From the NCBI GenBank assembly GCA_951406725.2, contig OX597821.1, positions 68,634,001 through 68,698,000 on the forward strand: a DNA stretch of 64,000 nt, in the 5' to 3' direction. The translations under genes were made by a program, and so were the position numbers. Below are positions 53,414 to 64,000 of this stretch, one piece after another. The notes beneath the pieces are model-generated. The model saw only the letters and a list, made by a program, of their open reading frames with translations. It did no database searches and was not told the DNA's origin. The stretch is from Octopus vulgaris. Its lineage: Eukaryota. Position 1 is the first letter of the stretch. Each line of letters begins with the position of its first letter.

Positions 53414-55019
53414 AGTCGACCGCTGCAGAAATTATACAGTTACGAACAAATATTCTACCTCAGGCCAGTCTTGAACGAACAAACTTAAGTTTAAAAGCAA
53501 TGACCACCATCTCCCTTTTCACGACATAGCGTAACTGGAAATATATTATCGAATTTGTACTTTCTTTTTTTCTTTTTTAAGAACTGAAGGTTGTGATATG
53601 AGTAATGTTTCTGACATACTGAGCAACGACATAGGTCTCCTGTTGGGTTATGTCTCTATGATGCATCAATAAAGAGTTCTGAAAGGATATATCATAGATA
53701 TTCTAAGCCGCCCAAAACTGGATATGCAGGTGTCAACGTTTTTTGTTTATTTGCTTGTTGTTGTTGTTTTTTTCTTTTCCCTTTTTTTTTTTTTGTTTAC
53801 TTTGTTTTGTTTTGTTTTTTTCACTTCGGCAATGTAAGAGATTGACGCAATTGATGTTCTTTCGGGATTTACAAGTCGACCGCCACAGGAATCATGCGTA
53901 AAAACAGAGATCGAAGGACTGACGTTCAAGGAAAGCATGAGGAGTGGGTAGAACGTTACCTTTTTTTTATTATTAATGAGAAGCAATAACTCCAATGACC
54001 CTTTATAGGGTCCTTGAGATAGGCGGGAGGCAGGATCAAATGTATCCGCAAAATGGAAGCTTGACCCTAATACTTGCAACAAAGAGGATTCTGTTAAAGT
54101 TACCCAAGTGCCAGTTGGGTGATGAACTATGTATACTAACCAAGAAGGCTATGCGGGATTTGAACTCAGAACGCAAAGATTCGGAACAAATACCGCTAGG
54201 TATCTGATCCAACGTCCGTTTCTGCTAATCCACCGATCTGGTTTGATAGTTTTTATCGACCCCCGAAAGGATGAAAAGGAAAGTTGACTTCGATGAAATT
54301 TGAAATCAGGGTGCAGAGAATCAGAACAAATACCAAATACCAGGTATTTTGTCCAATGGTCTGACAGCTCTGCCTTAGCCATAGAATTATAATAGAACTA
54401 TACAGGTAACATGAAAATGACAAAGAAATTAGTTTGGAGTACCTGTGTGGAGATAGCACTAGACCAGCCAGTTTCCAGTAACACAAACTGTAGTGTATGC
54501 CACATGCTGACGTAGATCACACGACAAAGTAGCACTAGCACAAATCAGTTGGTGTTAATATGTATGGCAGGTAGACTGTCCTAGGTAAATAGTAGCAGTA
54601 ATCCACCGTGGGTTTTACTTGAGCTTTGTAGAAGGCTGGTAGATATGTTAGAGAGATACTATACATATTCTGTTGTACGGAGCTCGTCTATTTTTAGTTA
54701 ATATGTTGACACCTTTCAGGAAGATGATAAAAAAAAAAAACAGTTATAGTTTCTTATTCTCTCGTAAAAGTTTCAAAGTTATTTGCACTGTACTGTCATA
54801 TCGAATTGCTGAAAACTGTGTCCTTTGCTTCAGAACTCCAGCAATTTAGCTGGTACATTATTGTGCCAAATTTTAAAATTTTGGATAAACTTTTAATTTT
54901 TGAAATGCTGGTAGCCAAACCAACTAGAACCATTACAGAACCGTTAGAAGTTAGTGTTGAACTTACAGCGAAGTTGATTAAAAAGGTATATAAGCACAAT
55001 TTAACTTCATTATTTAATT

Positions 55020-55275
55020 ATGAATTTTATTGATATCAACAGCTATAATATCCGTCAATTGCTTGACTCAACAGCAACAGTTGAATTGACAATTACGTTT
55101 TGCCAAGATATTCGACTGTTACATCGTGTGAGAGTTTGTTGCACGTGTAACCGAAATATGGAATTGATACAGGGTAGTAAACAAATGAAAGATTGGGGTG
55201 GATTTGTGGAAGACCGTGTAGAAAGGAGGAAAGCATGAGATGCGATACGTTCTTTGCCAATAGTAATCGGGACGT
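55020..55275 (+). pseudogene. Merlin-type transposase N-terminal zinc-ribbon remnant
   Basis: FCQDIRLL..CCTCNRNMEL, then after a frameshift WICGRPCRKEESMRCDTFFANS. Confidence 0.65.
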
Positions 55276-55944
55276 AAGAGAAATTTTAATGCTTCATTTA
55301 CTTCTGGGCATATGAAGAAGCATCTGAAAGAAAATGTCAACAAGAGCTAAGATGGAATAGGGAGTCAATCTAATCGACTGCCCCCCTATTTGTAATTGGA
55401 AGAATTTCCTCCGTGACATATGCGCAGTTGTTTCCCTTTTTGCAGAAAATGTTTTTAAAAAGTTAAAGAGGTTTAAAGTTTGTTCATTTTCACCCAATCA
55501 GGAAACAGGATTTGGAAGTTGTCGTTTTGTGCGTGACAGCACGTCTTGTCAACTGTAAACAAAGCAAATAAATTGGGTGGGTGGGAGTGCAGGAGGTGGG
55601 GTAATTGAAAAAAAAAAAATTGGGGTGGGGCTAAAACATGAATCAGAAAAATTTTTTCTTCGAAATTTACAAGGGGGAATTCCGAAGAATTGCCCATTTG
55701 ATTCCTTGTAATGACATTAGTAATTCCCATTCTCGCCGGTGTCACTTCCTTACGTAAGATACGAAGTGAAAGAGGGAAAAAAACGTCTGAAACGAGCATC
55801 GAATTCTAATCAAACATGCATTAAAAAAAACTGTGATATACTTAAAATAAAATAAAAAAACTAGAATGTATTTTGTTCATAGTATCAAACATATTTAGCA
55901 ACGTTTAACCTAAAGTTCAAACTTGCAATAAATATCAAGAGCAG

Positions 55945-56340
55945 GGCGGCGAGCTGACAGAATCGTTAGCACGCCGGGCGAAATGCGTAGCCGTATTTCG
56001 TCTGCCGTTACGTTCTGAGTTCAAATTCCACCGAGGTCGACTTTGCCTTTCATCCTTTCGGGGTCGATAAATTAAGTATCAGTTACGCACTGGGGTCGAT
56101 GTAATCGACTTAATCCATTTGTTTGTCCTTGTTTGTCCCCTCTGTGTTTAGCCCCTTGAGGGTAGTAAAGAAATAGGTATTTCGTCTGTCTTTATCTTCT
56201 GAATTCAAATTCCGCCGAGGTCAACTTTGCCTTTCATCCTTTCAGGGTTGATAAATTAAGTACCAGTTGCGTACAGGAGTCAATCTAATCGACTGACTCC
56301 CTCCCCAAAAATTTCGGGCCTTGTGCCTAGAGTAGAAACG
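55945..56340 (+). mobile_element. Dimeric SINE family A
   Basis: Full unit plus a second unit restarting at GTATTTCGTCTG; same junction as 4429-4953. Confidence 0.9.
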
Positions 56341-57424
56341 AATAAATCTCTAGAGCTGATAGTGAAAAAAATCTAAGCACCATTTGACTAGTAATCAAGG
56401 GAAATAACTTTTGTACAGCATTAATCTTCGACATTTAGCAGTTGTCTTCCCATTTTCTTGGGGATCTTCTAAAAACAGTCTCACTGCCGGTTGTTCGTTG
56501 TATTTAAAGTGAATTGCTTATGTACATTGCATTTGTAGAGGTGTGTTTAACAATATTTAGTAGTTAAAGTTTGTCATTATTAGCTCTGGCTAATTCTAGA
56601 GGACATTTTATGTCATAAATCACAAATTTTGAACTACAAAAATATCGACTGCTTTGAAAATTTTTTTTTTTTTTGCATTTCCTATCTATATCACTCATTG
56701 GTATTTCATACACATTTTGCACTTGATACTATAGTTTCAAAAAAGCTAAAATGTATATTCTTACAATTGAATAGAAAAGGATAAATACGCCTTTTTTTTT
56801 TTTTTTCAACAATCCCCATTTGGAACTTTTCGAAAGATTTATAATTTCCAAAATAATTCACATATGAAGAAAATTTAAATACTATATATTATTTTAACTC
56901 CTAAGCCAAAAAGTAAGAATAAAAAAATTTGGCAGTTAATGGGTTAATATACTCCTTCAAATGACAAGTTATGCAGCAGTGTCTTAAACTTGTGACAAAT
57001 CTGACAAAAGAATTCTAACTCATCTTTATTGAAGGTTCCCCTCTTTTGAATTAAGGACACCAACTTCTTTAAAGTATAAGCAAACTAGCAGTGAAGATTT
57101 TTTTTAAGCCGATTTTCTTTCCACTGGAGCCCTGTAACAACACTCGAAATATTCTTTTCTACTCTAAGCACAAGGCCCAAAATTTGGGGGGGGGGGGGCA
57201 GTCGATTAGATTGACCCCAGTATGCAACTGGCACTTAATTTATTGACCCCGAAAGGATGAAAGGCAAAGTCGACCTCAGCAGAATTTGAACTCAGAACAT
57301 AAAGACAGACGAAATACTGCTAAGCATTTCGCCTGGTGTGCTAACATTGCTGCCAGCTCGCCACCCAACACTCAAAATATTGCAGTCTTCTAGCAGTATG
57401 CTGGTTAAAATAATAATAATATTA

Positions 57425-57731
57425 ATGAAATTATTGTATACAGTGCTCACATGCACCACAACTTGTCAAAAGTGCATATAAAGTATATGCAGTAATGTAC
57501 AAATGTTTGGAAAGTGAACAGTGTATGAGTCAGATACATGCTTGCGTGTGTATGGAGTGGAGAAAATCAGGTGTAGTGTTGGCAAATCTCAGGAAGCATG
57601 AAAGTTTTGAAGGATGCAGTGCTCCGACAACTAACAACTGATGCCGGCAGTTTGTTCTATACATCAGCAACTCTTAGCGTGAAAAAATGTTTCCGTAAGT
57701 CATGGGAGCTGTGCTGTTTCTGACTTTGTAA
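57425..57731 (-). mobile_element. CR1-clade LINE extreme 3' fragment (second family)
   Basis: Minus strand HSSHDLRKHFFTLRVADV*NKLPASVVSCRSTASFK. Confidence 0.8.
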
Positions 57732-57942
57732 AGGAAGACAATTGTGAAACGTAAGGGTTTTTTTTTAAGACATTAGATGATGATGATAATTGATTTTTTT
57801 AAAAATTTGTTTTAAAAAACATAACCAAAAATGATATTAGTACTTGAAGAGCTTTCACTAAGAGTAGAATTCTTAAAAGTTGCATAGGTTCTCATATTCT
57901 TGCTAAGAAGGTAAATTTTATATCAAGTTTATCTCATTTCAG

Positions 57943-57976
57943 GCCAATATTTGTAAATTCTTGGTCACAGGTACAC
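57943..57976 (+). other. Candidate small internal exon
   Basis: Acceptor TTTATCTCATTTCAG|G and donor CAC|GTAAGT 34 nt apart; no product assignable. Confidence 0.3.
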
Positions 57977-58233
57977 GTAAGTATGCTTGGACAACACTTC
58001 TCAAATTGACAAATATCTATTCACCATAAAAGCATCAGTGAAATCGCTTGTGTCCCAGCTCTGTTAATGAGAAAGCAAAAAACAGTTTGTATGCACACAA
58101 ATCAACACATAGCAATCATCACCATTTAACATCCATTTGCCCTGCAGGCATGAGTTGGATGGTTTGACAAGAGCTGACAAGGTCAGGAGTAGCACCAGGT
58201 TCCATGGTCTGTTTTGGCATAGTTTCCACAACT

Positions 58234-58396
58234 AGGCGCAAGAGTGGCTGTGTGGTAAGTAGCTTACTTACCAACCACATGGTTCCAGGTTCAGTCCTAC
58301 TGTGTGGCACCTTGGGCAAGTGTCTTCTACTATAGCCTCAGGACAATTAAAGCCTTGTGAGTGGATCTGGTAGACGGAAACTGAAAGAAGCCCGTC

Positions 58397-58438
<42 letters not shown>

Positions 58439-58652
58439 GTTTGTGTGCCTGTGTTTGTCCCCCCAACATCATTTGACAACCGATGCTGGTGTGTATATGT
58501 CCCCGTAACTTAGCGGTTCGGCAAAAGAGACTGATAGAATTAAGTACTAGGCTTACAAAGAATAAATCCTGGGGTCGATTTGCTTGACTAAAGGTAGTGC
58601 TCCAGCATGGCCACAGTCAAATGACTGAAACAAGTAAAAGAGTAAAAAGAGA
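58234..58652 (+). mobile_element. SINE family B, full-length, nested in an older retroelement remnant
   Basis: Head GGCGCAAGAGTGGCTGTGTGGTAAG, core CCTTGGGCAAGTGTCTTCTACTATAGCC, internal (TA)n, tail GCTCCAGCATGGCC..GACTGAAACAAGTAAAAGAG. Confidence 0.9.
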
Positions 58653-59793
58653 GTAACTGAATGCCCAATGCCAACCACTTTGCTGAGTACTGTACGGGAT
58701 GCTTTTTACATGGCACCATCATGAGTGTTTTTTATATAGCACCAGCACTGCCTATTCTGCTCTCATGGAGAAATTTTACTGTGGTGACTGGGTCTTCTTG
58801 AGTACAGCACAGCACAGCACCATGTATCTCGGTCCTTTGTCATCATGAGGCTCAGCATTTTGCAGTCGACCTTCGATACTTCATCCCATATCTTCCTGAA
58901 TCTCCTTCTTTCACAAGTGTTATCCACTTTAAGTGATCAGCACTTCTTTACACAATGGAAATGTCAAACAGTAGAATAAAGAATAAATATTAAAAAAAAA
59001 TGAAAGATCAACAAAAGAGGACAACCAAGCTGAGAATATTTCAGGTTTTATATTTTATTTGTCAGTTGAAGTAAACAAAAATACAAACAACAAAATAGGC
59101 AGCCTGTAAACCATAACATCATTTTCATGATTAAATTGTATCAGTCATGTCCAACTGCGATATACCAATATATACAAAGATCATTCATTTTATACATTTT
59201 ACATACTCACACATTCTCACCACCTGTCACATAGCTAACACATGGTCACATCAATCTAACTTTCCTTTTTCTTCACAACCCCACCTACCATCTCCTATAT
59301 TGTTTCATAGCCCAGTTGAAGAAGTAAAGCCAGTCAGCTAATTAACTATGGCTATTTGCTGAGAAGCAGCTGATTACTCTAAAGTGAAACTATAATGACT
59401 GCATAATAAATTACATATTCACTGAGTTTCCACGGTGGTGGGAGGTTTAAAAAGGACATAACTAAAAGCACCACCTTCACAGTCACTGTACCACAATAGC
59501 AGCATTAACAACGGATAAACTAAATGGGCAAGATAAAGTAACTTAGCATGGAAGTTAGAAGTCCAGAGGTAGCTCGTAAATCTATTGAACTAAGAGGATA
59601 TGAAAGACAAGGTATGAATTATAAAGGGTCATTTATACCAAGCAGGGAGCTGTGGAGAAAGTATGAGTGAACTCATTTGCAATAAATAGAGAATCTAAGC
59701 TGTGAAATGAGAACTCTCTCTCTGCCAACCTATCCCTTTAGAACTATCCAACTAAAGGACTGAGTCTCAAGACATAAATATATATATATATAT

Positions 59794-59951
59794 AGTGGTT
59801 GGCGTTAGGAAGGGCATCCAACTGTAGAAACACTGCCAGATCAGACTGGAGCCTGGTGCAGCCGCTGGCTTCCCAGACCCCAGTCAAACCGTCCAACCCG
59901 TGCTAGCGCGGAAAACGGACGTTAAACGATGATGATGATGATGATGATGAT
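59794..59951 (+). mobile_element. Non-LTR (RTE-like) 3' end with (GAT)n tail
   Basis: GTGGTTGGCGTTAGGAAGGGCATCCA...GGACGTTAAAC(GAT)n; longer copy at 61978-62250, decayed minus copies near 35600-35720 and 58115-58230. Confidence 0.7.
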
Positions 59952-62758
59952 ATATATATATATATTTATTTATTTAGAAGCTGGTTCAGTTTGCCAGTCT
60001 TTACTGAGTACTCTTGCACTAACATTGTCACAGGAAAACTAACTGACCATCCCATTCTGAAGAGGAGGACAAGCATTTGATAAGATAAAACACAGAAATG
60101 CTGGTGACTCCACTGCCATAATGGATGACAAGGTTATAGAATTTGAGGGAGGGGGAAGAAACTAGTTGACTCAATCAACCCCAGTTCACAACTGGTACTT
60201 TGTTTTATTGGCCCAAAGTTGACCTCAGCGGGAACTGAACTCAGAAAATAGAAACATGTTTAAACCCTGCAAAAGCATTTAATCTGCTGTTCTACCAGTT
60301 CTGTAGTTCTTCCGGCCTAATAATTTCTCACATTGGCACAAGGGCCACAAATTTGTAGGATAGGGACTTAGTCGGTCAAACTGACCCCATTATTTCACTT
60401 GTCCTTTATTTTACCAAACTTAAAAGAATGAAAGGCAAAGTCAACCTCAGCAGGAATTGAACCAAGAATATAAAGGGTGTAACTAAAAATACTAAAGCTC
60501 CACCAATTCTGATCAATCAACCACTTTCTTTTCCATAATCTTTACTAATGTAGGCAGTACAAGGTCACATTTATGCAGAAACAGTGGGACAGTCAATAGA
60601 AAACTGACCCTAAGATTTGACAGCTCTTTATTTCATTGACTTCTAAAGTCAACCCTGGCAGTATTTACATAGTACCAATTATGTGGGCAAGAGGTTTGTC
60701 CACTTGTTGCAAAATCCGGAGCCACATGGTGTATATGCTTTTTACCAAAAACTGACCATTGGTATCCAACAAAGGAATGCAAGCTGTTATATCTTTACTT
60801 GTGACTTTTTACTCCCTAGTAATAAATATTCATAAACAAAACTGGAATAATCAACAGAATGACAAAGTGCATTGTGTACCTTGACAGTCCGAGTTCAAAT
60901 GCCATCAAGATCAATTCAGTTTTTCTTTCTGAGATTGATAAAATAAGTACCAGGTGAATGATGCAATTATCCTAGTCTACAGCAATATTCATGCTCAAAA
61001 TTGCATACCTTGCTCCTATATTAGGAGTCAATCTTAGAATAATAATAATAATCCTTTCTACTATAGGCACAAGGCCTGAAATTTGGGGGATGAGGGGACT
61101 AACTGATCACATCAACCCCATTGTTCCACTGGTACCTTATTTATCAACCCCAAAAATATGCAAGGCGAAGTCGACCTCGGCAGAATTTGAACCCAGAATG
61201 TAGCAACAGGTGAAATACCACTAAGCCTTTTGCCCAACATGCTAATGATTCCGCCAGCTTACCGCCTTCATAATATTAATTATAATCCTTTCTACTATAG
61301 GCACAAGGTCTGAAATTTGAGGAGAAGAGGCTAGTCGATTACATAACCCCATGTTTAACTGGTACTTATTTTATCAACTTCAACAGGATGAAAGGCAAAG
61401 TCAACCTCAGCGACATCTGAACTCAGGACGTAATGAGTAGGAAGAAATACTGCTAAGCATTTCATCCAACGTGCTAATGATTTTTCCAGTTTGCCACTTC
61501 AATAATAATAGCCATTTCTTACACAGCCATGGGGTCACAAATTTGAGGAAAGGGAACAGTCCATCATGTTAACTACAGTACTTGACTGATACTCTATTGA
61601 CCCCTGAAGAATGAAAAACAAAGATGACCATGACAGGAGTTGAACACAGAATACAAAGAGCCATAATTCAATACTTCAATGTATTTTGGCCACCACTTAT
61701 GATTCTATCAATGCACAACACATTATTATTATTATTATTACTTATAAAGATGGTGAGCTGGCAGAATCATTAGCATGCTGGGCAAAATGCTTAGTGGCAT
61801 TTCATCTGTCTTTACATTCTGAGTTCAAATTCCACCGAGGTCAACTTTGCTTTTCATCCTTTAAGGATCGATAAGTTAAATACCAGTGAAACACTAAGAT
61901 CGATGTAATCGACCAGTCCCCTCCCCAAAAATTTCAGGCCTTGTGCCTTTAGGAGAAAGGATTATTATTATTTATAATTGCCAGCCTCGTCTGGCCCCCG
62001 TGCCGGTGGCACGTAACAAGCACCATCCGATCGTGGCCGTTTGCCAGCCTCGTCTGGCACCTGTGCAGGTGGCTCGTAAAAAGCACCCACTACACTCACA
62101 GAGTGGTTGGCGTTAGGAAGGGCATCCAGCCATAGAAACGCTGCCAGATCAGACTGGGCCTGGTGCAGCCTTCTGGCTTCCCAGACCCCAGTTGAACCGT
62201 CCAGCCCATGCTGGCATGGAAAACGGACGTTGATGACGATGATGATGACAATAATAATGATGTTAGACTTTATAAACAGCAATTTGAAACAAAAATAGGT
62301 GAAACAAGACAACTTATGTGAACTACATATCCATAGCTTGATGGTTAACCATTTTTGTGACTATGCTACATAGAGCCTGCCATTCCATCTATCTCAAACT
62401 AATTGTTTCTGTTTTCAGTAGTAATTATAATGATGTGATGTTGACACAAGTGAAGCTGACAGGGGAGGAATGACTTTTACAGGACAGCTACAGGAAGGTA
62501 TATACAAATGAATATGACCAGAGACAACTACTTGCATAACTGCATCCCCACCACACACACACACACACACACACACGTCGCTCAGTCATAATCACTTCTG
62601 TCTGTCAATTACTTTACACACATACACTGTCATAAAGGATAAGCAATACACACACACACAAACACACACGACCACAAACATACAACTACATATGCACAGG
62701 CACACAAAGAAATGTGCAGGCTTGTGCTGTAAATAATGAATGAATGAATGAATGACAG

Positions 62759-62792
<34 letters not shown>

Positions 62793-63229
62793 GGTGGAGG
62801 ATGAGTATGAATCTGAATATTACATCAGGTTGCAGTGAGGAAAGTACAGAGATAAGAAAGTAACATAGCAACACTGCAAACCCAATAATGTGCAGCTCAA
62901 ATGGAATAAATATCCAAGTGCTTAACTTCCAAACGGAATTATCGTGAAAGCCTGGCATGTTATAATCAAACATAAGCCAGAAGATATCCACATGTCTCGA
63001 ATGATGCTGCTGCAGTTATTGCTGGTGTTACTGAAGAAATTACCAAATATGGTTGTAGCTTCACATTAGGAAGAAAATGAAGGTGCTGCAGACCTTGGCA
63101 CAGAATGAATGAAGTATAGAGAAGTATAGGGTGCGTAGCAGAGGATGAAAAAAAGACAGAGAGAGAGAGGCTTCAAGTTTTGTAGGACGTAGTGAGTACA
63201 CGAGCCATAAATATCTGAGTGTGTATGTG

Positions 63230-63272
<43 letters not shown>

Positions 63273-64000
63273 ATATATACATACACACATACATATATAC
63301 ATAGACAGACACACTTGCACAAGCACATTAGCATGTACAAAGATTAAAACTATTCCATATAATGCAGTCATGTTTGTTTATCTATTCAAAGCTGATGGTT
63401 TAGTCCAACACTTAAGCATTTTATTCAATATATTGCAATAATTCGGGAAACAAAATGCTGCAAATGCCAGAGTATATAGCAGCATAAACTCTCAGCATGT
63501 TTATGGTCAAGAGAGAAGTCTCTATGGTTGGTGGACTCTTTGAATGACTGCAGTAAATGGACAGGATCTGGTGAAAGTTTTTCAACCAGATAGTTTGTTT
63601 TATTTTATTTTCTGTGAACTTCATTCTATATATAGGCGCAGGAGTGGGTGTGTGGTAATTAGCTTGCTTACCAACTACATGGTTCCGGATTCAGTCCCAC
63701 TGTGTGGCACCTTGAGCAAGTGTCTTCTACTATAGCCTCGGGCCAACCAAAGCGCTGTGAGTGGATTTGGTAGACGGAAACTGAAAGAAGCCTGTATGTA
63801 TATATGTGTGTGTTTGTCCCCACCACCATTGCTTGACAACCTATGTTGGTGTGTTTACGTCCCTGTAACTTAATGTTTCAGCAAAAGAGACTGATAGAGT
63901 CAGTACTAGGATTACAAAGATTAGTCCTGGGGTTAATTTGTCCAACTAAAGACTGAAACAAATAAAAGAATATTTAAATATTCCTCAAAGTACCATTCAA

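Noticed and set aside
62686-62991. Hydrophobic 101-aa ORF suggesting a membrane protein
   Set aside because: GTG start just after a stop, ends in (TTTC)n repeats, no family motif

Overview
AT-rich, repeat-saturated eukaryotic DNA, very probably a coleoid cephalopod (Octopus-like). This is inferred from three recurring tRNA-derived SINE families and very dense (TA)n/(TACA)n/(TAGA)n/(AAT)n microsatellites. No intact host protein-coding gene can be supported, and nearly all ORFs in the track are microsatellite artefacts. Identifiable content: decayed Tc1, mariner and Merlin transposons, MITEs, non-autonomous Helitrons, CR1, RTE and Tx1/L1-like LINE fragments, and Penelope-like (PLE) fragments including a Naiad-type GIY-YIG end. 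The most striking unannotated signal is about 15 type I hammerhead-ribozyme-like motifs from several sequence families. They sit in PLE pseudo-LTR-like modules inserted into (TA)n tracts, arranged as long inverted hairpins (16.1-16.7, 20.0-20.4, 26.9-28.2 kb) or tandem direct units (25.0-25.5, 25.7-26.5 kb). A few weak promoter/exon candidates and a CpG-depletion shift near 56 kb hint at a host transcription unit. All calls are by eye; no database search or folding program was run.
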